Origin: the human T2T-CHM13v2.0 reference genome, Homo sapiens
Assembly (NCBI RefSeq): GCF_009914755.1
Contig: NC_060929.1
Strand: one strand, 5' to 3'
DNA: 64,000 nt
Shown: one piece after another, positions 15,613 through 32,782 of the stretch
Numbering within the stretch: position 1 is the first letter of the stretch
Layout of the letters: every line of letters starts with the position of its first letter
Program-made: the position numbers and the translations under genes
Notes under the pieces: generated by a model
The model's input: only the letters and a program-made list of their open reading frames with translations
Databases searched by the model: none
Told to the model about the DNA's origin: nothing

Positions 15613-17092
15613 GCCCAGGGCCAGAGGGCAGGGTCTGTTTGTGCAGGAATAAGTACCGCGTTCATCTTCCAATGACAGGAGTGTGTGCGCCGGAGCTCCC
15701 GCATCTCAGTCCCACCTGGATTTACCCACGATCTTCGTGTCTTAAAATGCGAAGTTGCCCTTACCTGGATGAAGACAGCAGATCGCTTCATAGGAGCCTT
15801 GGCTAAATCTTTGGGCATTTTAATGGGATGTGGAGGCGTTTCTCTATGTCTTTCCAGCTGGAGGAATCAAGGTGCCTGGGCCTAGAGCATCCTGTGGACA
15901 GGCAGCTGCATTCAGAGAGGGAAGCCCTTCCCAGGAGATCTGTATGGTTTCCTGCTGAAGCCTGGTGTAGCTCTGTCTTAGCTTGTAGGCTTATGTCTGG
16001 GTTCCAGTAATTGGAGCTTGCAGAAATGTTTCCCCGATTGTTGTTCTTCTGTAGAATTTCAACGCTCATATGTATTTTTGTGAGTCACCACGAAAACAGT
16101 TAAACTGATCAACCGTTTTCCAAACTGCAGACACCAAAATGAAATCACAAAGCACTTTCTTTTTTTCCCCTAAGTTGACTCTTCTATTCCTGCCTGCTGT
16201 GCTTTATGTCAGCAAGTGACCCTTTCCTGTATTATAATGCAGTATAGTATAGATGCATCATGTAAGACCAGAGAGAAACCGATTCCAAAACCACCTTTCC
16301 TCAAGCCGCCGTTTGTAACGACCATATGGGCGGTTTGAAGGACACAGAGAGAGCCTATTGACACTTCACTTTCGCTACACGTGGTGATTTTTCCAGTGCT
16401 TCCGGAGACACTGAAATTTAGTTCCAAACATTGCCTTAGAGGATTCTTGATTTTATTCATTCTACCGATGATCCACTCAGAAAATCAAACCTGAGTACGG
16501 AGACATTGGAGAAGTCGTTAAAGTGTTGGACCAAGTCGGTTCGTCACGAGTGACAAGGTTATTCCACACTCTACTTGTACATACTCTGCTTTGCCTTCAT
16601 GATGGCAAAGAGTAATTTTTCGCTATAGAGTAAAAACCCGAGATTTATTACGGAATCAGCGTGAACCTTCCCAGCACAGCTCACAGAGCATACGCCAAAA
16701 ATTACAGTGTGATTCAGTTTCAAAAATTGTCTGTAGTGACCTGTGAATTCACAGCTCGTGAGGACATTCTTTAGTTCGGCTGAAGCCAAAAAACCTGGAA
16801 CCATCGAAATGGGAAGAAGTGGAGTCTGCCAAATTCTGCCTCTTACACTTTCAGCTACCACGCCATGTTCAACTATTGTACTTGATAAGGATTGGAAACT
16901 TAAGGTACTGATAATTTCAACAGAGTTTCACCAGAGTAGTATTTCTTGTGAGAAAGCCATGATCTCATCAGTAACGCCTTTCTAAAAGATCCAACAGAAA
17001 ATATGAACTAGCAACTCATCCTGACAAGGAAGTAAAACTCAGGAAAAATCCTAAGGCAGAGCAGCGTCAGGCTTCAGTGTGAAACTATCATA

Positions 17093-17431
17093 GTCTGGGC
17101 GCGGTGGCTCACGCCTATAGTCCCTTCACTTTGGGAAGCCAAGGTGGGGCAGATCACCTGAAGTCAGCAGTTCAAGACCAGCCTGGGCAAAATGGCGAGA
17201 CCTCGTCTCTACTTGAGCAAATACAAAAATTTGCCCGGCGTGGTAGCGCGCACATTTAGTCCCAGCCACTCTGGAGGCTGAGGCAGGAGAATCCGTTGAG
17301 CCTAGGATGCCGAGGCTGCAGTGGGCTGAGATGAGGCCGCTGTAATCCAGCCTGGGGGACAGAGCGAGGCACTGTCTCAGAAATAAACAAATAAAATAAA
17401 ATAAACTAAAATAAAGTGACGTAAAATAAAA
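17093..17431 (+). mobile_element. Alu SINE copy
   Basis: Same element, next unit. Confidence 0.95.
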
Positions 17432-17747
17432 TTGAAATAATATTTTCACGTTTCCCTCACCCAGCCCATTTTATTTTCAGAGTATTTGATAAACCGCTTT
17501 CTTCCCTGTGCGTTAGAGAGTTTTTTTTCTCAGACATCGAAGTTTTCTAATGCTCAACTTCGTAAAATGTCTCATTTTTACTGTAAATAGTTTCTTTACT
17601 GTTGTGAGATGTGAACTTTTCGATTCTGTGAAGAGGACTGAATTCTGAAATGCCCCCTGCATTTCCCGCCCCTCAGAGAGTCGCCCTGTGTCTGCCCCTC
17701 CCTTGGGTGTGGGCGGAAGCACGAATTGATGTGCCCGCCCGACTTCC

Positions 17748-17758
17748 TGATTAGATTA
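17748..17758 (-). promoter_or_regulatory. Perfect DUX4 motif, unit 6
   Basis: + strand TGATTAGATTA. Confidence 0.75.
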
Positions 17759-18440
17759 GGGGGTATCCTGAACCAACGGCTGCTAAGGGCTGGGTCTAAT
17801 GCAGTCATCTGAGCCCTGTATAAGGGAGGACTGAACCCCCCTGTGATTACGCTCCCCTGTGGGAGATTCCCCAGCACTGGCTGTGCACACCCAGGGAGCC
17901 TCACGGCCCAGACCTGGGCAGCACGGGTAGGAGCTGAGAGCATCCTCACGGCAGCAGGCAGAACAAACAAGTGGGCCTGGGGCTCGCAACCCTGAGGCAT
18001 TGTTGAATTCTGCCACCAACTCGAATCGGATCGAAGCCAGACCCTTCTCAGGTGGAGGCAACGACCGCACAGCCAGACCCATCCTGGAGGTCCCTCGTGG
18101 GACTCTGAGCAGGAGGCAGTCACTTGGCCTAGCAGAACTTCTGACCTGTGAGCTGGTGTTTGTTTTAAATACCCAAAATTGGTGAGAATTCGTTCTGCAT
18201 TGACCTAAAACTAACATACTCTCCTTCCACAAGTTTCTTCACACTGTGGAAGCGAGAAAATTCAGTGTGTGTGTTTGTGTGTGGGAAGGGGCGGCCGGGA
18301 GCCGTGTCCGGTTACGGCGAAACTGGCTCAGCAGAAACACAGCAGCTAAAATCTTTGAAAGGTTCTCATCGCAGATCCACAATCAAACCACCCCAGCCGG
18401 AACTTCTGCCTGTACAGCTGCTGTCACGGAGCAGACTTGA

Positions 18441-19046
<606 letters not shown>

Positions 19047-20526
19047 GCCCAGGGCCAGAGGGCAGGGTCTGTTTGTGCAGGAATAAGTACCGCGTTCATC
19101 TTCCAATGACAGGAGTGTGTGCGCCGGAGCTCCCGCATCTCAGTCCCACCTGGATTTACCCACGATCTTCGTGTCTTAAAATGCGAAGTTGCCCTTACCT
19201 GGATGAAGACAGCAGATCGCTTCATAGGAGCCTTGGCTAAATCTTTGGGCATTTTAATGGGATGTGGAGGCGTTTCTCTATGTCTTTCCAGCTGGAGGAA
19301 TCAAGGTGCCTGGGCCTAGAGCATCCTGTGGACAGGCAGCTGCATTCAGAGAGGGAAGCCCTTCCCAGGAGATCTGTATGGTTTCCTGCTGAAGCCTGGT
19401 GTAGCTCTGTCTTAGCTTGTAGGCTTATGTCTGGGTTCCAGTAATTGGAGCTTGCAGAAATGTTTCCCCGATTGTTGTTCTTCTGTAGAATTTCAACGCT
19501 CATATGTATTTTTGTGAGTCACCACGAAAACAGTTAAACTGATCAACCGTTTTCCAAACTGCAGACACCAAAATGAAATCACAAAGCACTTTCTTTTTTT
19601 CCCCTAAGTTGACTCTTCTATTCCTGCCTGCTGTGCTTTATGTCAGCAAGTGACCCTTTCCTGTATTATAATGCAGTATAGTATAGATGCATCATGTAAG
19701 ACCAGAGAGAAACCGATTCCAAAACCACCTTTCCTCAAGCCGCCGTTTGTAACGACCATATGGGCGGTTTGAAGGACACAGAGAGAGCCTATTGACACTT
19801 CACTTTCGCTACACGTGGTGATTTTTCCAGTGCTTCCGGAGACACTGAAATTTAGTTCCAAACATTGCCTTAGAGGATTCTTGATTTTATTCATTCTACC
19901 GATGATCCACTCAGAAAATCAAACCTGAGTACGGAGACATTGGAGAAGTCGTTAAAGTGTTGGACCAAGTCGGTTCGTCACGAGTGACAAGGTTATTCCA
20001 CACTCTACTTGTACATACTCTGCTTTGCCTTCATGATGGCAAAGAGTAATTTTTCGCTATAGAGTAAAAACCCGAGATTTATTACGGAATCAGCGTGAAC
20101 CTTCCCAGCACAGCTCACAGAGCATACGCCAAAAATTACAGTGTGATTCAGTTTCAAAAATTGTCTGTAGTGACCTGTGAATTCACAGCTCGTGAGGACA
20201 TTCTTTAGTTCGGCTGAAGCCAAAAAACCTGGAACCATCGAAATGGGAAGAAGTGGAGTCTGCCAAATTCTGCCTCTTACACTTTCAGCTACCACGCCAT
20301 GTTCAACTATTGTACTTGATAAGGATTGGAAACTTAAGGTACTGATAATTTCAACAGAGTTTCACCAGAGTAGTATTTCTTGTGAGAAAGCCATGATCTC
20401 ATCAGTAACGCCTTTCTAAAAGATCCAACAGAAAATATGAACTAGCAACTCATCCTGACAAGGAAGTAAAACTCAGGAAAAATCCTAAGGCAGAGCAGCG
20501 TCAGGCTTCAGTGTGAAACTATCATA

Positions 20527-20865
20527 GTCTGGGCGCGGTGGCTCACGCCTATAGTCCCTTCACTTTGGGAAGCCAAGGTGGGGCAGATCACCTGAAGTCA
20601 GCAGTTCAAGACCAGCCTGGGCAAAATGGCGAGACCTCGTCTCTACTTGAGCAAATACAAAAATTTGCCCGGCGTGGTAGCGCGCACATTTAGTCCCAGC
20701 CACTCTGGAGGCTGAGGCAGGAGAATCCGTTGAGCCTAGGATGCCGAGGCTGCAGTGGGCTGAGATGAGGCCGCTGTAATCCAGCCTGGGGGACAGAGCG
20801 AGGCACTGTCTCAGAAATAAACAAATAAAATAAAATAAACTAAAATAAAGTGACGTAAAATAAAA
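20527..20865 (+). mobile_element. Alu SINE copy
   Basis: Same element, next unit. Confidence 0.95.
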
Positions 20866-21181
20866 TTGAAATAATATTTTCACGTTTCCCTCACCCAGCC
20901 CATTTTATTTTCAGAGTATTTGATAAACCGCTTTCTTCCCTGTGCGTTAGAGAGTTTTTTTTCTCAGACATCGAAGTTTTCTAATGCTCAACTTCGTAAA
21001 ATGTCTCATTTTTACTGTAAATAGTTTCTTTACTGTTGTGAGATGTGAACTTTTCGATTCTGTGAAGAGGACTGAATTCTGAAATGCCCCCTGCATTTCC
21101 CGCCCCTCAGAGAGTCGCCCTGTGTCTGCCCCTCCCTTGGGTGTGGGCGGAAGCACGAATTGATGTGCCCGCCCGACTTCC

Positions 21182-21192
21182 TGATTAGATTA
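21182..21192 (-). promoter_or_regulatory. Perfect DUX4 motif, unit 7
   Basis: + strand TGATTAGATTA. Confidence 0.75.
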
Positions 21193-21874
21193 GGGGGTAT
21201 CCTGAACCAACGGCTGCTAAGGGCTGGGTCTAATGCAGTCATCTGAGCCCTGTATAAGGGAGGACTGAACCCCCCTGTGATTACGCTCCCCTGTGGGAGA
21301 TTCCCCAGCACTGGCTGTGCACACCCAGGGAGCCTCACGGCCCAGACCTGGGCAGCACGGGTAGGAGCTGAGAGCATCCTCACGGCAGCAGGCAGAACAA
21401 ACAAGTGGGCCTGGGGCTCGCAACCCTGAGGCATTGTTGAATTCTGCCACCAACTCGAATCGGATCGAAGCCAGACCCTTCTCAGGTGGAGGCAACGACC
21501 GCACAGCCAGACCCATCCTGGAGGTCCCTCGTGGGACTCTGAGCAGGAGGCAGTCACTTGGCCTAGCAGAACTTCTGACCTGTGAGCTGGTGTTTGTTTT
21601 AAATACCCAAAATTGGTGAGAATTCGTTCTGCATTGACCTAAAACTAACATACTCTCCTTCCACAAGTTTCTTCACACTGTGGAAGCGAGAAAATTCAGT
21701 GTGTGTGTTTGTGTGTGGGAAGGGGCGGCCGGGAGCCGTGTCCGGTTACGGCGAAACTGGCTCAGCAGAAACACAGCAGCTAAAATCTTTGAAAGGTTCT
21801 CATCGCAGATCCACAATCAAACCACCCCAGCCGGAACTTCTGCCTGTACAGCTGCTGTCACGGAGCAGACTTGA

Positions 21875-22480
<606 letters not shown>

Positions 22481-23960
22481 GCCCAGGGCCAGAGGGCAGG
22501 GTCTGTTTGTGCAGGAATAAGTACCGCGTTCATCTTCCAATGACAGGAGTGTGTGCGCCGGAGCTCCCGCATCTCAGTCCCACCTGGATTTACCCACGAT
22601 CTTCGTGTCTTAAAATGCGAAGTTGCCCTTACCTGGATGAAGACAGCAGATCGCTTCATAGGAGCCTTGGCTAAATCTTTGGGCATTTTAATGGGATGTG
22701 GAGGCGTTTCTCTATGTCTTTCCAGCTGGAGGAATCAAGGTGCCTGGGCCTAGAGCATCCTGTGGACAGGCAGCTGCATTCAGAGAGGGAAGCCCTTCCC
22801 AGGAGATCTGTATGGTTTCCTGCTGAAGCCTGGTGTAGCTCTGTCTTAGCTTGTAGGCTTATGTCTGGGTTCCAGTAATTGGAGCTTGCAGAAATGTTTC
22901 CCCGATTGTTGTTCTTCTGTAGAATTTCAACGCTCATATGTATTTTTGTGAGTCACCACGAAAACAGTTAAACTGATCAACCGTTTTCCAAACTGCAGAC
23001 ACCAAAATGAAATCACAAAGCACTTTCTTTTTTTCCCCTAAGTTGACTCTTCTATTCCTGCCTGCTGTGCTTTATGTCAGCAAGTGACCCTTTCCTGTAT
23101 TATAATGCAGTATAGTATAGATGCATCATGTAAGACCAGAGAGAAACCGATTCCAAAACCACCTTTCCTCAAGCCGCCGTTTGTAACGACCATATGGGCG
23201 GTTTGAAGGACACAGAGAGAGCCTATTGACACTTCACTTTCGCTACACGTGGTGATTTTTCCAGTGCTTCCGGAGACACTGAAATTTAGTTCCAAACATT
23301 GCCTTAGAGGATTCTTGATTTTATTCATTCTACCGATGATCCACTCAGAAAATCAAACCTGAGTACGGAGACATTGGAGAAGTCGTTAAAGTGTTGGACC
23401 AAGTCGGTTCGTCACGAGTGACAAGGTTATTCCACACTCTACTTGTACATACTCTGCTTTGCCTTCATGATGGCAAAGAGTAATTTTTCGCTATAGAGTA
23501 AAAACCCGAGATTTATTACGGAATCAGCGTGAACCTTCCCAGCACAGCTCACAGAGCATACGCCAAAAATTACAGTGTGATTCAGTTTCAAAAATTGTCT
23601 GTAGTGACCTGTGAATTCACAGCTCGTGAGGACATTCTTTAGTTCGGCTGAAGCCAAAAAACCTGGAACCATCGAAATGGGAAGAAGTGGAGTCTGCCAA
23701 ATTCTGCCTCTTACACTTTCAGCTACCACGCCATGTTCAACTATTGTACTTGATAAGGATTGGAAACTTAAGGTACTGATAATTTCAACAGAGTTTCACC
23801 AGAGTAGTATTTCTTGTGAGAAAGCCATGATCTCATCAGTAACGCCTTTCTAAAAGATCCAACAGAAAATATGAACTAGCAACTCATCCTGACAAGGAAG
23901 TAAAACTCAGGAAAAATCCTAAGGCAGAGCAGCGTCAGGCTTCAGTGTGAAACTATCATA

Positions 23961-24299
23961 GTCTGGGCGCGGTGGCTCACGCCTATAGTCCCTTCACTTT
24001 GGGAAGCCAAGGTGGGGCAGATCACCTGAAGTCAGCAGTTCAAGACCAGCCTGGCCAAAATGGCGAGACCTCGTCTCTACTTGAGGAAATACAAAAATTT
24101 GCCCGGCGTGGTAGCGCGCACATTTAGTCCCAGCCACTCTGGAGGCTGAGGCAGGAGAATCCGTTGAGCCTAGGATGCCGAGGCTGCAGTGGGCTGAGAT
24201 GAGGCCGCTGTAATCCAGCCTGGGGGACAGAGCGAGGCACTGTCTCAGAAATAAACAAATAAAATAAAATAAACTAAAATAAAGTGACGTAAAATAAAA
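23961..24299 (+). mobile_element. Alu SINE copy
   Basis: Same element, next unit. Confidence 0.95.
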
Positions 24300-25308
24300 T
24301 TGAAATAATATTTTCACGTTTCCCTCACCCAGCCCATTTTATTTTCAGAGTATTTGATAAACCGCTTTCTTCCCTGTGCGTTAGAGAGTTTTTTTTCTCA
24401 GACATCGAAGTTTTCTAATGCTCAACTTCGTAAAATGTCTCATTTTTACTGTAAATAGTTTCTTTACTGTTGTGAGATGTGAACTTTGCGATTCTGTGAA
24501 GAGGACTGAATTCTGAAATGCCCCCTGCATTTCCCGCCCCTCAGAGAGTCGCCCTGTGTCTGCCCCTCCCTTGGGTGTGGGCGGAAGCACGAATTGATGT
24601 GCCCGCCCGACTTCCTCATTAGATTGGGGGGTATCCTGAACCAACGGCTGCTAAGGGCTGGGTCTAATGCAGTCATCTGAGCCCTGTATAAGGGAGGACT
24701 GAACCCCCCTGTGATTACGCTCCCCTGTGGGAGATTCCCCAGCACTGGCTGTGCACACCCAGGGAGCCTCACGGCCCAGACCTGGGCAGCACGGGTAGGA
24801 GCTGAGAGCATCCTCACGGCAGCAGGCAGAACAAACAAGTGGGCCTGGGGCTCGCAACCCTGAGGCATTGTTGAATTCTGCCACCAACTCGAATCGGATC
24901 GAAGCCAGACCCTTCTCAGGTGGAGGCAACGACCGCACAGCCAGACCCATCCTGGAGGTCCCTCGTGGGACTCTGAGCAGGAGGCAGTCACTTGGCCTAG
25001 CAGAACTTGTGACCTGTGAGCTGGTGTTTGTTTTAAATACCCCAAATTGGTGAGAATTCGTTCTGCATTGACCTAAAACTAACATACTCTCCTTCCACAA
25101 GTTTCTTCACACTGTGGAAGCGAGAAAATTCAGTGTGTGTGTTTGTGTGTGGGAAGGGGCGGCCGGGAGCCGTGTCCGGTTACGGCGAAACTGGCTCAGC
25201 AGAAACACAGCAGCTAAAATCTTTGAAAGGTTCTCATCGCAGATCCACAATCAAACCACCCCAGCCGGAACTTCTGCCTGTACAGCTGCTGTCACGGAGC
25301 AGACTTGA

Positions 25309-25914
<606 letters not shown>

Positions 25915-27394
25915 GCCCAGGGCCAGAGGGCAGGGTCTGTTTGTGCAGGAATAAGTACCGCGTTCATCTTCCAATGACAGGAGTGTGTGCGCCGGAGCTC
26001 CCGCATCTCAGTCCCACCTGGATTTACCCACGATCTTCGTGTCTTAAAATGCGAAGTTGCCCTTACCTGGATGAAGACAGCAGATCGCTTCATAGGAGCC
26101 TTGGCTAAATCTTTGGGCATTTTAATGGGATGTGGAGGCGTTTCTCTATGTCTTTCCAGCTGGAGGAATCAAGGTGCCTGGGCCTAGAGCATCCTGTGGA
26201 CAGGCAGCTGCATTCAGAGAGGGAAGCCCTTCCCAGGAGATCTGTATGGTTTCCTGCTGAAGCCTGGTGTAGCTCTGTCTTAGCTTGTAGGCTTATGTCT
26301 GGGTTCCAGTAATTGGAGCTTGCAGAAATGTTTCCCCGATTGTTGTTCTTCTGTAGAATTTCAACGCTCATATGTATTTTTGTGAGTCACCACGAAAACA
26401 GTTAAGCTGATCAACCGTTTTCCAAACTGCAGACACCAAATTGAAATCACAAAGCACTTTCTTTTTTTCCCCTAAGTTGACTCTTCTATTCCTGCCTGCT
26501 GTGCTTTATGTCAGCAAGTGACCCTTTCCTGTATTATAATGCAGTATAGTATAGATGCATCATGTAAGACCAGAGAGAAACCGATTCCAAAACCACCTTT
26601 CCTCAAGCCGCCGTTTGTAACGACCATATGGGTGGTTTGAAGGACACAGAGAGAGCCTATTGACACTTCACTTTCGCTACACGTGGTGATTTTTCCAGTG
26701 CTTCCGGAGACACTGAAATTTAGTTCCAAACATTGCCTTAGAGGATTCTTGATTTTATTCATTCTACCGATGATCCACTCAGAAAATCAAACCTGAGTAC
26801 GGAGACATTGGAGAAGTCGTTAAAGTATTGGACCAAGTCGGTTCGTCACGAGTGACAAAGTTATTCCACACTCTACTTGTACATACTCTGCTTTGCCTTC
26901 ATGATGGCAAAGAGTAATTTTTCGCTATAGAGTAAAAACCCGAGATTTATTACGGAATCAGCGTGAACCTTCCCAGCACAGCTCACAGAGCATACGCCAA
27001 AAATTACAGTGTGATTCAGTTTCAAAAATTGTCTGTAGTGACCTGTGAATTCACAGCTCGTGAGGACATTCTTTAGTTCGGCTGAAGCCAAAAAACCTGG
27101 AACCATCGAAATGGGAAGAAGTGGAGTCTGCCAAATTCTGCCTCTTACACTTTCAGCTACCACGCCATGTTCAACTATTGTACTTGATAAGGATTGGAAA
27201 CTTAAGGTACTGATAATTTCAACAGAGTTTCACCAGAGTAGTATTTCTTGTGAGAAAGCCATGATCTCATCAGTAACGCCTTTCTAAAAGATCCAACAGA
27301 AAATATGAACTAGCAACTCATCCTGACAAGGAAGTAAAACTCAGGAAAAATCCTAAGGCAGAGCAGCGTCAGGCTTCAGTGTGAAACTATCATA

Positions 27395-27733
27395 GTCTGG
27401 GCGCGGTGGCTCACGCCTATAGTCCCTTCACTTTGGGAAGCCAAGGTGGGGCAGATCACCTGAAGTCAGCAGTTCAAGACCAGCCTGGCCAAAATGGCGA
27501 GACCTCGTCTCTACTTGAGCAAATACAAAAATTTGCCCGGCGTGGTAGCGCGCACATTTAGTCCCAGCCACTCTGGAGGCTGAGGCAGGAGAATCCGTTG
27601 AGCCTAGGATGCCGAGGCTGCAGTGGGCTGAGATGAGGCCGCTGTAATCCAGCCTGGGGGACAGAGCGAGGCACTGTCTCAGAAATAAACAAATAAAATA
27701 AAATAAACTAAAATAAAGTGACGTAAAATAAAA
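27395..27733 (+). mobile_element. Alu SINE copy
   Basis: Same element, next unit. Confidence 0.95.
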
Positions 27734-28049
27734 TTGAAATAATATTTTCACGTTTCCCTCACCCAGCCCATTTTATTTTCAGAGTATTTGATAAACCGCT
27801 TTCTTCCCTGTGCGTTAGAGAGTTTTTTTTCTCAGACATCGAAGTTTTCTAATGCTCAACTTCGTAAAATGTCTCATTTTTACTGTAAATAGTTTCTTTA
27901 CTGTTGTGAGATGTGAACTTTTCGATTCTGTGAAGAGGACTGAATTCTGAAATGCCCCCTGCATTTCCCGCCCCTCAGAGAGTCGCCCTGTGTCTGCCCC
28001 TCCCTTGGGTGTGGGCGGAAGCACGAATTGATGTGCCCGCCCGACTTCC

Positions 28050-28060
28050 TGATTAGATTA
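28050..28060 (-). promoter_or_regulatory. Perfect DUX4 motif, unit 9
   Basis: + strand TGATTAGATTA. Confidence 0.75.
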
Positions 28061-28742
28061 GGGGGTATCCTGAACCAACGGCTGCTAAGGGCTGGGTCTA
28101 ATGCAGTCATCTGAGCCCTGTATAAGGGAGGACTGAACCCCCCTGTGATTACGCTCCCCTGTGGGAGATTCCCCAGCACTGGCTGTGCACACCCAGGGAG
28201 CCTCACGGCCCAGACCTGGGCAGCACGGGTAGGAGCTGAGAGCATCCTCACGGCAGCAGGCAGAACAAACAAGTGGGCCTGGGGCTCGCAACCCTGAGGC
28301 ATTGTTGAATTCTGCCACCAACTCGAATCGGATCGAAGCCAGACCCTTCTCAGGTGGAGGCAACGACCGCACAGCCAGACCCATCCTGGAGGTCCCTCGT
28401 GGGACTCTGAGCAGGAGGCAGTCACTTGGCCTAGCAGAACTTCTGACCTGTGAGCTGGTGTTTGTTTTAAATACCCAAAATTGGTGAGAATTCGTTCTGC
28501 ATTGACCTAAAACTAACATACTCTCCTTCCACAAGTTTCTTCACACTGTGGAAGCGAGAAAATTCAGTGTGTGTGTTTGTGTGTGGGAAGGGGCGGCCGG
28601 GAGCCGTGTCCGGTTACGGCGAAACTGGCTCAGCAGAAACACAGCAGCTAAAATCTTTGAAAGGTTCTCATCGCAGATCCACAATCAAACCACCCCAGCC
28701 GGAACTTCTGCCTGTACAGCTGCTGTCACGGAGCAGACTTGA

Positions 28743-29348
<606 letters not shown>

Positions 29349-30828
29349 GCCCAGGGCCAGAGGGCAGGGTCTGTTTGTGCAGGAATAAGTACCGCGTTCA
29401 TCTTCCAATGACAGGAGTGTGTGCGCCGGAGCTCCCGCATCTCAGTCCCACCTGGATTTACCCACGATCTTCGTGTCTTAAAATGCGAAGTTGCCCTTAC
29501 CTGGATGAAGACAGCAGATCGCTTCATAGGAGCCTTGGCTAAATCTTTGGGCATTTTAATGGGATGTGGAGGCGTTTCTCTATGTCTTTCCAGCTGGAGG
29601 AATCAAGGTGCCTGGGCCTAGAGCATCCTGTGGACAGGCAGCTGCATTCAGAGAGGGAAGCCCTTCCCAGGAGATCTGTATGGTTTCCTGCTGAAGCCTG
29701 GTGTAGCTCTGTCTTAGCTTGTAGGCTTATGTCTGGGTTCCAGTAATTGGAGCTTGCAGAAATGTTTCCCCGATTGTTGTTCTTCTGTAGAATTTCAACG
29801 CTCATATGTATTTTTGTGAGTCACCACGAAAACAGTTAAACTGATCAACCGTTTTCCAAACTGCAGACACCAAAATGAAATCACAAAGCACTTTCTTTTT
29901 TTCCCCTAAGTTGACTCTTCTATTCCTGCCTGCTGTGCTTTATGTCAGCAAGTGACCCTTTCCTGTATTATAATGCAGTATAGTATAGATGCATCATGTA
30001 AGACCAGAGAGAAACCGATTCCAAAACCACCTTTCCTCAAGCCGCCGTTTGTAACGACCATATGGGCGGTTTGAAGGACACAGAGAGAGCCTATTGACAC
30101 TTCACTTTCGCTACACGTGGTGATTTTTCCAGTGCTTCCGGAGACACTGAAATTTAGTTCCAAACATTGCCTTAGAGGATTCTTGATTTTATTCATTCTA
30201 CCGATGATCCACTCAGAAAATCAAACCTGAGTACGGAGACATTGGAGAAGTCGTTAAAGTGTTGGACCAAGTCGGTTCGTCACGAGTGACAAGGTTATTC
30301 CACACTCTACTTGTACATACTCTGCTTTGCCTTCATGATGGCAAAGAGTAATTTTTCGCTATAGAGTAAAAACCCGAGATTTATTACGGAATCAGCGTGA
30401 ACCTTCCCAGCACAGCTCACAGAGCATACGCCAAAAATTACAGTGTGATTCAGTTTCAAAAATTGTCTGTAGTGACCTGTGAATTCACAGCTCGTGAGGA
30501 CATTCTTTAGTTCGGCTGAAGCCAAAAAACCTGGAACCATCGAAATGGGAAGAAGTGGAGTCTGCCAAATTCTGCCTCTTACACTTTCAGCTACCACGCC
30601 ATGTTCAACTATTGTACTTGATAAGGATTGGAAACTTAAGGTACTGATAATTTCAACAGAGTTTCACCAGAGTAGTATTTCTTGTGAGAAAGCCATGATC
30701 TCATCAGTAACGCCTTTCTAAAAGATCCAACAGAAAATATGAACTAGCAACTCATCCTGACAAGGAAGTAAAACTCAGGAAAAATCCTAAGGCAGAGCAG
30801 CGTCAGGCTTCAGTGTGAAACTATCATA

Positions 30829-31167
30829 GTCTGGGCGCGGTGGCTCACGCCTATAGTCCCTTCACTTTGGGAAGCCAAGGTGGGGCAGATCACCTGAAGT
30901 CAGCAGTTCAAGACCAGCCTGGGCAAAATGGCGAGACCTCGTCTCTACTTGAGCAAATACAAAAATTTGCCCGGCGTGGTAGCGCGCACATTTAGTCCCA
31001 GCCACTCTGGAGGCTGAGGCAGGAGAATCCGTTGAGCCTAGGATGCCGAGGCTGCAGTGGGCTGAGATGAGGCCGCTGTAATCCAGCCTGGGGGACAGAG
31101 CGAGGCACTGTCTCAGAAATAAACAAATAAAATAAAATAAACTAAAATAAAGTGACGTAAAATAAAA
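30829..31167 (+). mobile_element. Alu SINE copy
   Basis: Same element, next unit. Confidence 0.95.
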
Positions 31168-31483
31168 TTGAAATAATATTTTCACGTTTCCCTCACCCAG
31201 CCCATTTTATTTTCAGAGTATTTGATAAACCGCTTTCTTCCCTGTGCGTTAGAGAGTTTTTTTTCTCAGACATCGAAGTTTTCTAATGCTCAACTTCGTA
31301 AAATGTCTCATTTTTACTGTAAATAGTTTCTTTACTGTTGTGAGATGTGAACTTTTCGATTCTGTGAAGAGGACTGAATTCTGAAATGCCCCCTGCATTT
31401 CCCGCCCCTCAGAGAGTCGCCCTGTGTCTGCCCCTCCCTTGGGTGTGGGCGGAAGCACGAATTGATGTGCCCGCCCGACTTCC

Positions 31484-31494
31484 TGATTAGATTA
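31484..31494 (-). promoter_or_regulatory. Perfect DUX4 motif, unit 10
   Basis: + strand TGATTAGATTA. Confidence 0.75.
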
Positions 31495-32176
31495 GGGGGT
31501 ATCCTGAACCAACGGCTGCTAAGGGCTGGGTCTAATGCAGTCATCTGAGCCCTGTATAAGGGAGGACTGAACCCCCCTGTGATTACGCTCCCCTGTGGGA
31601 GATTCCCCAGCACTGGCTGTGCACACCCAGGGAGCCTCACGGCCCAGACCTGGGCAGCACGGGTAGGAGCTGAGAGCATCCTCACGGCAGCAGGCAGAAC
31701 AAACAAGTGGGCCTGGGGCTCGCAACCCTGAGGCATTGTTGAATTCTGCCACCAACTCGAATCGGATCGAAGCCAGACCCTTCTCAGGTGGAGGCAACGA
31801 CCGCACAGCCAGACCCATCCTGGAGGTCCCTCGTGGGACTCTGAGCAGGAGGCAGTCACTTGGCCTAGCAGAACTTCTGACCTGTGAGCTGGTGTTTGTT
31901 TTAAATACCCAAAATTGGTGAGAATTCGTTCTGCATTGACCTAAAACTAACATACTCTCCTTCCACAAGTTTCTTCACACTGTGGAAGCGAGAAAATTCA
32001 GTGTGTGTGTTTGTGTGTGGGAAGGGGCGGCCGGGAGCCGTGTCCGGTTACGGCGAAACTGGCTCAGCAGAAACACAGCAGCTAAAATCTTTGAAAGGTT
32101 CTCATCGCAGATCCACAATCAAACCACCCCAGCCGGAACTTCTGCCTGTACAGCTGCTGTCACGGAGCAGACTTGA

Positions 32177-32782
<606 letters not shown>
